Assembly (NCBI GenBank): GCA_963702425.1
Contig: CAVPCQ010000039.1
Location: 1 to 64,000 of the forward strand
Length of the DNA stretch: 64,000 nt
Direction of reading: 5' to 3'
Origin: an uncultured Acidobacteriota bacterium
GTDB taxonomy: Bacteria; Acidobacteriota; Polarisedimenticolia; J045
Under the pieces are notes generated by a model, which did not search any database, was not told the origin of the DNA, and worked only from the letters and a program-made list of their open reading frames with translations. How positions within the stretch are numbered: the first letter of the stretch is position 1; each line of letters opens with the position of its first letter. A program made the translations under genes and the position numbers. Below, one piece after another: positions 23,124 through 31,583 of the stretch.

Positions 23124-24392
23124 CTAATGCGGCACGCCGCGCGACCCCTCGGAGCCCGCCGGCGGCAGCCCTTCACAACGAGTATAGCTCCCCACAGCCG
23201 CTTCCGAGCTGGCGACGCGGGGCGCGGGCTCCCACCAGGTGGGCATCCCGGCGCCGACCACGATCCGCTCGTCCTGCTCGGCCGCGGGCGGGAAGACGTT
23301 GAAGTACTTGACGGCGATCCCGAAGGCGGTGAAGCCGATGACCACGAGCAGCGCGGAGACGACCAGTTCACCGATCGAGGGGAAGTAGCGGAAGTCGGGG
23401 GTGCGGGCCTGGACCGCGGTGATCGAGACGTTGAGCCGGTTGAACATGAAGCCCAGCACCGCGATCGTCGCTGCGAACGGCAACCAGCGACGGCTGTTCC
23501 GGACGGTCGGTGAGAGCAGCAGCAGGATCGGCAAGACGAAGCCGAGCAGGATCTCGGCCCAGAACATCCGGGCTTCCAGCGTCGGCTGGAAGGCGTACTC
23601 CTGGAGCACACCGCGGGCGTAGAGGTCCTCGAAGCGCAGCACGAGGTAGACCATGAAGGGAACGACGATCCCCTTGCCGAGCTGCGAGAGGATCGGCATC
23701 TCGAGCTCGCGCCCGAAGGCCCGCGAGGAGAGCCGCGACTCGAAGATCACCATCGCGAAGCCGATGCCGATCGCCGAGAGGTAGAACAGCAGCGGCAGCC
23801 GCGGTGTCCACCACAGCGGGTGCAGCCGCTCGGGAGCGATCAGGAACAGCGAGCCGAGCGAGCTCTGGTGGAGCGTCGAGAGCACCACGCCGGAGATCAC
23901 GAGCGGGATCTGCAGCGACTTGATGATCACCTGCGGCCGCTTCCAGCCCAGCTTCTCCCAGAGCACCGGGCTGAACTCGAGCGCCAGCACGGTCAGGTAG
24001 AGCATGACGCACCAGCCGACCTCGAACATCACCGAGTGCGGGTTCCAGAAGATGATCGGGTGCCAGATGTTCCACGGCTTCCCGAGATCGTACATCAGCG
24101 CGACGGCGACCAGGATGTAGCCGAGGAAGGCGGTCAGCACCGCCGGGCGAGCGATCTCGTGGAATTTCTTGAGGTTGAACAGGTAGACGATGGCAGTCAC
24201 CGTGAACCCGCCGGCGGCCAGGCCGACGCCGCACAGGACGTCGAAGCCGATCCACAGGCCCCACGGGTAGGTGTCGTTGAGATTCGTGACGGCGCCGATC
24301 CCCTGCGTGAAGCGCAGGAAGGTCACGACCAGGCCGGCCAGGGCGATCAGGATCGCGGCCGCGCGCCAGAAGGTCAGCTTCGGCAGTTTCAT
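23124..24392 (-). CDS. NrfD/PsrC-family integral membrane protein (HybB/HmcC-like)
   Basis: YPWGLWIGFDVLCGVGLAAGGF, DLGKPW, SVMFEVGWCV, STLHQSSLGSL, RLHPLW; many hydrophobic segments. Confidence 0.92.
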   Translation of the reverse strand: MKLPKLTFWRAAAILIALAGLVVTFLRFTQGIGAVTNLNDTYPWGLWIGFDVLCGVGLAAGGFTVTAIVYLFNLKKFHEIARPAVLTAFLGYILVAVALMYDLGKPWNIWHPIIFWNPHSVMFEVGWCVMLYLTVLALEFSPVLWEKLGWKRPQVIIKSLQIPLVISGVVLSTLHQSSLGSLFLIAPERLHPLWWTPRLPLLFYLSAIGIGFAMVIFESRLSSRAFGRELEMPILSQLGKGIVVPFMVYLVLRFEDLYARGVLQEYAFQPTLEARMFWAEILLGFVLPILLLLSPTVRNSRRWLPFAATIAVLGFMFNRLNVSITAVQARTPDFRYFPSIGELVVSALLVVIGFTAFGIAVKYFNVFPPAAEQDERIVVGAGMPTWWEPAPRVASSEAAVGSYTRCEGLPPAGSEGSRGVPH

Positions 24393-25156
24393 GCGTGGTC
24401 CCCCTCGCTCTTGCTCGTGCTGTTCGCGTCGTGCTGGGCCTCGGCCACCTCGTCGCGCCGGTTGGTGATCCACCAGACTCCCCAGAGCAGGGGCACGGCG
24501 GCGGTGACGATCGCCGGGATGTGCGAGAGGGCTTCCCAGGTGTAATGGGGCATCGGCGTCTGGGGCAGGTTGGTCGGCAGGGCCAGCTTCTCGAACGGCA
24601 CCGAGGAGATATAGAGGACCGAGGTGCCGCCTGCCTCGCGCTCGCCGAAGACGGCCGGGATGTACTTCTTCGGCTCGGCGGCCAGGCGCTTGTGGGCCTC
24701 GGCGAGCAGCTCGTCGCGCCGGCCGAAGAGCGTCGCGCCGGTCGGGCACGCCTCGGCGCAGGCGGTCGGCTGGCCGGCCGTGACGCGGTCGATGCACATG
24801 ATGCACTTGCGGACCCGCGGCGTGGGCGAGTACCACTCGTAGGTCGGGATTCGGAACGGGCAGGCTGCCATGCAGTACCGGCAGCCCATGCACTTGGAGG
24901 CATCGTACCCGACGGGTCCTTCCTTCGTCTTGTAGAGCGCCCCGACCGGGCAGACCGAGGCGCAGGTCGGCTCGAGGCAGTGGAAGCACTGGTGCCGGGA
25001 GTAAATCTCGTTCCCGTGGTCGGTCACCACCAGGTAGGCGGACTCGGAGAGCCGCTCGTCGCGCTTCACGGGCAGCTTGTTGGCGGTGTCGCAAGCCTCC
25101 TCGCACGAGCCGCAGCCGACGCAGAGCGTGGTATCGATCAGCATGCCGTATGCCAT
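24389..25156 (-). CDS. 4x[4Fe-4S] ferredoxin subunit (HybA/FdnH/HmcB-like) with C-terminal TM anchor
   Basis: CVGCGSCEEAC, CFHCLEPTCASVCP, CMGCRYCMAACP, KCIMC..PTACAEACP, GEREAGGT; C-terminal hydrophobic helix; no Tat signal. Confidence 0.93.
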   Translation of the reverse strand: MAYGMLIDTTLCVGCGSCEEACDTANKLPVKRDERLSESAYLVVTDHGNEIYSRHQCFHCLEPTCASVCPVGALYKTKEGPVGYDASKCMGCRYCMAACPFRIPTYEWYSPTPRVRKCIMCIDRVTAGQPTACAEACPTGATLFGRRDELLAEAHKRLAAEPKKYIPAVFGEREAGGTSVLYISSVPFEKLALPTNLPQTPMPHYTWEALSHIPAIVTAAVPLLWGVWWITNRRDEVAEAQHDANSTSKSEGDHA

Positions 25157-25189
25157 GACGTTCTCCCTCGCTGGGTCAGGCGTCCCGCG

Positions 25190-25882
25190 TCACTCGGGGT
25201 CGGAGAGGAGGAAGCGCGCGCGCGCGCGGTCCCACTCGGGCTCGTCGAGCAGGTCGGAGATTCCGTCGACCGGTTCGCCGCCGTCGGCGACCGCAGGGAC
25301 CGCCTCGCCGGGGCTGAACATCCGGTGGAGCACCGATGCCGACTCGTCCATCCAGCGGCGCGCGAGGTCGCCCGACAGCAGGGCGCGCAGGTCGAGGCGC
25401 AGCTGCTCGCCGCGGACCTCGAGCAGCCAGCCCTCGTCGTACGGGGCTTTCGAAAGGTCCCGCGGGTTGTCGATCAGCGCCCGGTTGGCGGCGACGACGA
25501 TGCCGGAGATCGGCGCGACGACGGCGGTGCGACGGCCCTCGTGCGTGACGTGTGCCATCGCGCGGCCCGCGCGAACGGCGGTCCCGACCGGCGGCAGCTC
25601 GACGCGGTCCGGGGTCCCGATCAGCTTCGACGCGAATTCGTCGACGCCGACGCGGGCCAGCGAGCCGCCCTCGTAGCGGGCCCAGGTGTGGCCCGGGTGA
25701 TAGGCCCGGTCGGGCGCGAGCACGAAGCCGCCGATGCGGGCGGCGGACGCCGCCTTGGACTCCTGGCGGTGGCGAAGGGTCTGGGCCAGCGACGCGTGAC
25801 CGCGTGCGGCGAGGACGAGGTCGACGGTCAGGAGCATCGCGACCAGGGCGACGATGAACAGGGCAACCATTTGAGCCTCCAT
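25190..25882 (-). CDS. Glycine cleavage H-like protein, membrane-anchored, lacking the lipoyl-lysine
   Basis: YHPGHTWA, RVGVDEFA, APISGIVVAAN, PYDEGWLL; lipoylation turn reads VTHEGRRT; N-terminal TM; start 25882 or 25870. Confidence 0.85.
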   Translation of the reverse strand: MEAQMVALFIVALVAMLLTVDLVLAARGHASLAQTLRHRQESKAASAARIGGFVLAPDRAYHPGHTWARYEGGSLARVGVDEFASKLIGTPDRVELPPVGTAVRAGRAMAHVTHEGRRTAVVAPISGIVVAANRALIDNPRDLSKAPYDEGWLLEVRGEQLRLDLRALLSGDLARRWMDESASVLHRMFSPGEAVPAVADGGEPVDGISDLLDEPEWDRARARFLLSDPE

Positions 25883-25917
25883 CCGGGTAGAGAACGTCTC
25901 CGGCTGACATATCAGTA

Positions 25918-25933
25918 AGCACTATTCGTGCCA
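25918..25933 (-). promoter_or_regulatory. Sigma54 (-24/-12) promoter
   Basis: Minus strand TGGCACGAATAGTGCT = GG-N10-GC, 35 bp upstream of the first gene of an operon that encodes a sigma54 activator. Confidence 0.85.
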
Positions 25934-25944
25934 CGCCCTGAACG

Positions 25945-26050
25945 CCGTCTCAAGTTGTTCAAATAGAAAGGCTTCGCGGATCGACGCGATTCACTGCACC
26001 AAGGAAAACGTGGGGATTCACGACAGAGTGGTGTGGAATCAAACCGCGGT
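25945..26050. promoter_or_regulatory. AT-richer upstream region with candidate IHF site and paired enhancer (UAS) sites
   Basis: TCTCAAGTTGTTCA is a partial match to WATCAA-N4-TTR; two similar imperfect palindromes CGTGGGGATTCACGACA (26009-26025) and TGTGGAATCAAACCGC (26032-26047). Confidence 0.35.
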
Positions 26051-26128
26051 CAAAACAATCGTCGATCGCTCCAGGACGTCAGGCAGGGTGAATCAGCCGC
26101 GAAGGCGGGCGAGCGCGCCTGATACGCT

Positions 26129-26650
26129 GTGTCCGTGGACTCACTCCGCGACCGGACCGCCGTTCCTCCGCACGTCCCGCGGCCACGCGGGTTCGGGGCG
26201 CCGCTCCGGGAACGCCGCGCTGGCCCGTTCCGCTTCATCCTCTTCCCCCCGGGGCACCCGACCGCCGACGTCGAGATCGCGGCGGCGATCGTCGGGGGCG
26301 TGACAATCGCGGCGCTTCTGCTCCTTCCGCTCGGGAAGCTGTCGCGGCTGATACCGGACTGCCGCTTCCACGAATGGACCGGCTGGCCCTGCGCCACCTG
26401 CGGCATCACGCGGGGGCTCATCGCGCTGGGGGAGGGAGCTGTGCCCGAGGCGTTGCGCCTCAATCCGCTGCTGATGGCCGGACTGCTCGCGTTTCTCGCC
26501 TACGCGCTCGTTGCGGCCGCGCTGTGGGCGTTTCGGCTGCCCCGGCCGCGGATCGGGCTGACCTCGCGCGGCGCGCGGATCGTCGCCGTGGTCGCGGTCC
26601 TGGCGGCGATCCTGGCCAACTGGGCCTTCCTGATCGCGGACGGCCGGTGA
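26129..26650 (+). CDS. DUF2752 domain membrane protein
   Basis: CRFHEWTGWPCATCGITR..ALRLNPL; start uncertain. Confidence 0.8.
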   Translation: MSVDSLRDRTAVPPHVPRPRGFGAPLRERRAGPFRFILFPPGHPTADVEIAAAIVGGVTIAALLLLPLGKLSRLIPDCRFHEWTGWPCATCGITRGLIALGEGAVPEALRLNPLLMAGLLAFLAYALVAAALWAFRLPRPRIGLTSRGARIVAVVAVLAAILANWAFLIADGR

Positions 26651-26705
26651 GACCCCCGCTCGTGCGAGCATCCGTCCCGGGCCGGGCGCGGCCAGCGAGG
26701 TCGGT

Positions 26706-27383
26706 GTGACGGCGAAAGGGATCCGGACGATCTGCTTCGACGTCGACGGGACGCTGGTCGAGCACCCCGAGGGAAAGACGATCTGGCAGCTCGTCAACGA
26801 ACGGTACGCGGGCGGAGGCGTCCTCAACCGGGCCCGGATGGAGGCCTTCCGTCGCGGCGAGATCACGTACGCCGAGTGGGTCGCGCTCGACGTCGGCGAC
26901 TGGGCCAGCCACGGCGTCGGCCGGAACGAGATCGAGGGGATCGTCCGCGAGGAGCTGCGTCCGGTGCCGGGCGCCTTCGAGACGATCGACGCGCTGGCGG
27001 AGCGCGGCTACACGCTGGCGCTCGTCTCGGGCACGCTGAACGTCACCGTCGACCTCCTGCTGTCACACCTGCCGTTCGCGTACCGCTTCACCAACCGGAT
27101 CTGGTTCGACGACGACGGGAGGATCCGGCGCTGGCGCGCGACGCGGTACGACGGGGAGGGCAAGGCGCGTGCACTCGAGCGGATCGCTGCCGAGGAGGGG
27201 ATCTCCTGCGCGCAGTGCGCCTTCGTCGGAGACCACTGGAACGACATCCCGGCCCTGGCACGGGCCGGATTCGGGGTCGCCTACCGGCCGAAGGAGGACG
27301 CCGTCCGCCGGGCGGCGAACGCGGTGATCGAGGAAGGCCCGCTGAGCGCGCTGCTGGCCTGGTTCCCGGGCCGAAAGAAATGA
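26706..27383 (+). CDS. HAD-superfamily phosphatase (phosphoserine phosphatase-like)
   Basis: FDVDGTL, LVSG, K, VGDHWND. Confidence 0.88.
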   Translation: MTAKGIRTICFDVDGTLVEHPEGKTIWQLVNERYAGGGVLNRARMEAFRRGEITYAEWVALDVGDWASHGVGRNEIEGIVREELRPVPGAFETIDALAERGYTLALVSGTLNVTVDLLLSHLPFAYRFTNRIWFDDDGRIRRWRATRYDGEGKARALERIAAEEGISCAQCAFVGDHWNDIPALARAGFGVAYRPKEDAVRRAANAVIEEGPLSALLAWFPGRKK

Positions 27384-27421
27384 ACGGCATGGAGGCCTAG
27401 TGACCGACGAGCGGGCGCGTC

Positions 27422-27937
27422 GTGAAGAGCGAACGGGTGTTCGAGGGGAAGCTGCTCAGGATCGACCGCGAGGAGATCGAGCTGCCGCACGGCAAGCACG
27501 CGGTGCTGGAGACGATCCGCCACCCCGGAGCGGCGGCCGTGCTGCCCTTCCTTCCCGACGGCCGTGTCGTCCTGATTCGCCAGTACCGGCACGCCGCCGG
27601 CGGGTTCATCGTCGAGGTTCCGGCGGGGAAGCTCGACCCCGGCGAACAGCCCGAGCGCTGCGCGCGCCGGGAGGTCGAGGAGGAAACCGGCTGGCGCACC
27701 GGCGAACTGGTCCCGCTGGGTTCGATCCTCACGACGCCGGGCTTCACCGACGAGGTGATCTGGCTCTACGAGGCGCACGCGCTCGTGCGCGGGCGCCAGG
27801 CGCTGGAGGCGGACGAGGTGCTCGACACGCTCGAGGTTCCGTTCGAAGAGGCGGTGGGGATGGTGCGCTGCGGAGCGATCACCGACGCGAAGTCGGTCGC
27901 GTCGATCCTTCTCGCTTTCGCGCGGCGTCAGTCCTGA
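27422..27937 (+). CDS. NUDIX hydrolase (ADP-ribose pyrophosphatase-like)
   Basis: HPGAAAVL, RQYRH, EVPAGKLDPGE..CARREVEEETG, TPGFTDE, ITDAKS; true start may be the GTG at 27400 (GGAGG RBS) with an indel. Confidence 0.9.
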   Translation: MKSERVFEGKLLRIDREEIELPHGKHAVLETIRHPGAAAVLPFLPDGRVVLIRQYRHAAGGFIVEVPAGKLDPGEQPERCARREVEEETGWRTGELVPLGSILTTPGFTDEVIWLYEAHALVRGRQALEADEVLDTLEVPFEEAVGMVRCGAITDAKSVASILLAFARRQS

Positions 27938-28714
27938 CGGGCGGGGGACGCCGGTGCGAGCGGCGCTCCCGCGGCCTCGCCTTCCGGGGCGTTCGACTCC
28001 GGCTCGAGATGGCGATCCCACGCATCGTGCGGCCGCCACTCCGTCCACGCCGGCGGCGAACTCCAGAGGACCGGGCTCCAGTCGGTCCGCATCGACGCCG
28101 GGGGGCCAGGCCGAGGTCGGGGACCACGCGGGGTCGAACGGGTCGCCATCTCCCCAGCGGACCGGGTTCCACGGGTAGGGCGTCTCCGGCTCGGCCGCCG
28201 GGAACGCGGAGCGTGGAACCCAGTCGGCTCCGCCCGGGAACGCGGTCCAGGCGGTCAGCGGGGGGGCGTCGAGCGGCGCGAGCTGGAACGCCGCGCGCGA
28301 GGTGGCCGGGGGCCGGCTCACGATCGGCTCGGGGGGCCGCGGAATGGGGCGGCCGGGGAGCAGGAGCGCGGGCGGAGGAACCAGCCCCGACGCGACGGAT
28401 GGGGGACCGCCCGATACCCGGTAGGTCACGCGGGGCCAGGTCACCAGCGGCGCAGGGCCGAGAAGAGTCACCCCCGGTTTCAGCTGTTCGCGGGCGATCG
28501 CGGCGGGGGGGCGAGGGCCGAGGAGGGTGACGCCGATCGGGATGTCGGCCCCTCCGGCCGTCGCGCGCACCGGCGCCGCGTCGGGGGCTGCGCCGGATTG
28601 CTTGGCAGGCGGCGGGGGCGGGGGCGGGTCCTCGGCCAGCGACACGCCCGGGGCGAGCAGGGTCCCCCCCAGGATCAGCCCGCAGGCCGTGGCGCGTATC
28701 GCGCAGCGTGACAT
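27928..28714 (-). CDS. Secreted Pro/Trp-rich hypothetical protein; probable frameshift at the homopolymer near 28100
   Basis: Signal-like N-terminus (GLILGGTLLAPGVSLA), repeated GVTLLGP; removing one base from the G run at 28100-28105 joins the frame ending at 27928 and avoids a long antisense overlap with the NUDIX gene. Confidence 0.55.
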
Positions 28715-28816
28715 CGGGAAGCTCCGGGCCGGGCCGAGTCTACGCCGCGGGCGCTCGCGCGCCATCTTCCGTAAAGTGAGCGCGGCCGCCGGCCCGGCCG
28801 GCCGGCGGGAGGCCTG

Positions 28817-30712
28817 GTGACCCGAGAGACATGCCCGCGAGGTGCCCCGCGCCGCGCCGCTATCTCGTCGTTCGCGCCGCTGCTCGTTGCGGCCCTCGTC
28901 GCGGCACTCGTCGCTTCCGGCTGCGCGGGCGGCGACGGCGCCGCGCGTCCGGCCACGGGTCCGCCGACGGTCCTGCTGCTGACCGTCGACACGCTACGAG
29001 CCGACCGCGTCGGCTGCTATGGCAGGAGCGACGCGGAGACGCCGGCGATCGACGCGCTCGCCGCGGAAGGGGTGCGCTTCGATGCCGCGCAGACGACCGC
29101 TCCGCTGACGCTTCCCGCGCACGCGTCTCTGCTCGCCGGGCGCACGTTGCCAGCGCACGGGGTCTTCGACAACGGGACGTTCGCGCTGCCGGCGGGCATC
29201 CCGGTGCTGGCCGAGGCGTTCGAGAAGGCGGGGTGGGCGACGGGCGCCTTCGTCTCCTCGCCGGTCCTCGCCCGGCGCTACGGCTTGGCGCGAGGCTTTG
29301 CGCACTACGACGACGAGATCCGGAGGGAGCAGGGGCAGTCCGGGATCGTCATGTACTACGACGAGCGGCCGGGGACGGAAACCGTCGCGCGCGCGCTCGC
29401 GTGGCTGAAGGAGCAGGGCGACAAGCCGACGCTGCTCTGGGTCCATCTCTGGGAGCCGCACGCCCCCTACATCCCACCGCCAGCGTTCGCGGCGGCGCAC
29501 CCGGGCGATCCGTACCAGGGCGAAGTCGCCGCCGCCGACGCGGCGCTCGCGGCGCTGGTCTCCGGGATCCAGCGTGAGGGACGCCGCGGCCGCCTGCTCG
29601 TCGTCGTCGCCGCCGATCACGGTGAGGGGCTCGGCGAACACGGCGAGCTGACGCACGGGGTCTTCCTCTACCGCCAGACGATGCAGGTTCCGCTCGTGGT
29701 CAGCGGGCCGGCCTGGGGGGTGAGGCGCGACGCAGCCGTGGTGGAACCGGTCAGCCTCGCCGACGTCGCTCCGACCCTGCTCGAACTGGCCGGGCTTCCA
29801 CCCCTGCCCGGCGCGGACGGCTACTCGCTCGCGCCCGTGCTGACCGGGAAGGGCGGGCCGCCGGCGCGCCCCGGCGTGCTCGCCGAAAGCCACCTGCCTC
29901 AGCTCGAGTTCGGCTGGTCCGGGCTGCGCGCGATCGTGCACGGCGACCAGAAGCTGATCGACGCACCCCGGCCCGAGCTGTTCGACCTCGCGCGCGACCC
30001 GGAGGAAGCGACGAACCTCGCCGAAGGTCGGGCAGCCGAGACCGCCGCGCTGCGCGAAGCGGGAACCGACCTGCTGCGCCGCGCGCGGGCGGGGGCGCTC
30101 GAGGGAGGCAGCGCTCGCTCGGCCACGAGCGAGGAGCTGGCGCAGCTGCAGTCGCTCGGCTACGCGGGAAGCGGACGCCGGGTGTCGGGCGGCGGGCTGA
30201 TCGACCCCGCCGCACCGGACCCGAAGGACCGCACCGGCTTCCTCGCCCTCCACGACCGCGCGGCGGAGCTGGCCCGGACGGGGCGCCAGGGCGAGGCGAT
30301 CGCGCTCTTCGCCGAGCTCGAGCGCGTGGAGCCGCGCAACCCTTCGCTGCTGTTCCAGCACGGGCAAGCACTGATCGTCACCGGGCGGCACGACGAAGCG
30401 ATCGCCGTCTTCAGCCGAGCGGTCACGGTCGACCCGCACTTCGGCATGGCGTGGTATCGGCTCGGCCAGCTGCTCGACAGCCGCAAGGACGCGGCGGGGG
30501 CCGAGACCGCGTACCGGCGCGCGATCGAGGCCGACCCGGTCGCGCTCGACCCGCGCAAGGCGCTGGCCGGGCTTTTCGCCTCGCGCGGGCGGTTCGCCGA
30601 GGCGGCCGAACTGCTCGACGAGGTCCTGGCTCTCGAGCCGGGGAACGCGGCGCTGCGCGAACAGGCGGCACGGCTCCGGGCCCGCGCCGGGGGCGCGCCG
30701 CCGGCGCGCTAA
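28817..30712 (+). CDS. Sulfatase-like hydrolase lipoprotein with C-terminal TPR repeats
   Basis: Lipobox ASGC, TVDTLRAD, PLTLPAHASL, HLWEPHAPY, ADHGEGLGEHGE, QLQSLGY, TPR motifs. Confidence 0.9.
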   Translation: MTRETCPRGAPRRAAISSFAPLLVAALVAALVASGCAGGDGAARPATGPPTVLLLTVDTLRADRVGCYGRSDAETPAIDALAAEGVRFDAAQTTAPLTLPAHASLLAGRTLPAHGVFDNGTFALPAGIPVLAEAFEKAGWATGAFVSSPVLARRYGLARGFAHYDDEIRREQGQSGIVMYYDERPGTETVARALAWLKEQGDKPTLLWVHLWEPHAPYIPPPAFAAAHPGDPYQGEVAAADAALAALVSGIQREGRRGRLLVVVAADHGEGLGEHGELTHGVFLYRQTMQVPLVVSGPAWGVRRDAAVVEPVSLADVAPTLLELAGLPPLPGADGYSLAPVLTGKGGPPARPGVLAESHLPQLEFGWSGLRAIVHGDQKLIDAPRPELFDLARDPEEATNLAEGRAAETAALREAGTDLLRRARAGALEGGSARSATSEELAQLQSLGYAGSGRRVSGGGLIDPAAPDPKDRTGFLALHDRAAELARTGRQGEAIALFAELERVEPRNPSLLFQHGQALIVTGRHDEAIAVFSRAVTVDPHFGMAWYRLGQLLDSRKDAAGAETAYRRAIEADPVALDPRKALAGLFASRGRFAEAAELLDEVLALEPGNAALREQAARLRARAGGAPPAR

Positions 30713-30830
30713 CCGGGCTCGCCGCCGGAAGCCGGGCTGAGGAACTCCCGCGGGATGTGGCGTTTTTCGCTGCCGGGGTGTCCCCCCCGCTCGCGCCTTT
30801 CGTTATCCTGACCCGAGGAGGGGGAGGCCC

Positions 30831-31577
30831 TTGATCATCGATCGGGTCCAGCACGCGGGGTGGCTTTCCAACACCTGGCTGATCGCCGGCCGGGTGGACG
30901 GGCCCGGCCTGCTCGTCGACCCCGGCGGCGATCCCCCGCGCGCGCTGGAGATGGTCCGACGGCGCGGCGTGAGGATCGAAGCGATCATCTGCACTCATCG
31001 CCACTACGTCCACGCCCAGGGGAGCGACTTCCTGGGGCGTAACCTGCAGGCTCCGGTGGTGACGCACCCGCTCGAGAAGCCCTTCCTCCCCGAGGCGTCG
31101 GGGGTGGTCGAGGAGGGGCACCGCTTCGATTTCGGCGAATGGACCGCCGACGTGATCCACCTGCCGGGGCACACCACCGGGATGATCGGTCTGACCGTTC
31201 CCGGGGTCGGGGTCTTCGTCAGTGACCTGATCTTCCGCGGCTCAGTCGGCAGCACGATCCATCCCGGCAGCGCGGGCTTCGAGGCTTTGAAGAAGAGCGC
31301 GCTCGAGCGGGTCCTCTCGCTCCCCCCCGACACGGTCATCTATCCCGGCCACGGCGAGACCACGACGGTCCGACAGGAGCTGGAGCGCAACCCGTTCGTG
31401 CGGCTCTGGACCGGCGTCGACGGGCCCGGGACACGGCCGGCGCGCTTCGACGGCAAGCGCGTGACGATCGAGGTCTGGGCCAGGGACTTCGACGGCACCA
31501 ACAAAGCGCAGGTGCGTTACGCGGACGGACGGGCCGACGTCGTCGCGGCCGGCAAGCTGCAGAAGGTCACGCTCTAA
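30831..31577 (+). CDS. MBL-fold metallo-hydrolase (glyoxalase II-like)
   Basis: VDPGG, THRHYVH, PGHT, SDLIF, IYPGHG..T. Confidence 0.87.
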   Translation: MIIDRVQHAGWLSNTWLIAGRVDGPGLLVDPGGDPPRALEMVRRRGVRIEAIICTHRHYVHAQGSDFLGRNLQAPVVTHPLEKPFLPEASGVVEEGHRFDFGEWTADVIHLPGHTTGMIGLTVPGVGVFVSDLIFRGSVGSTIHPGSAGFEALKKSALERVLSLPPDTVIYPGHGETTTVRQELERNPFVRLWTGVDGPGTRPARFDGKRVTIEVWARDFDGTNKAQVRYADGRADVVAAGKLQKVTL

Positions 31578-31583
31578 CCCCTT

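Noticed and set aside
23124-25156. Calling the locus a hydrogenase-2 or formate dehydrogenase operon
   Set aside because: No large or small hydrogenase subunit, molybdopterin subunit or maturation genes in the window
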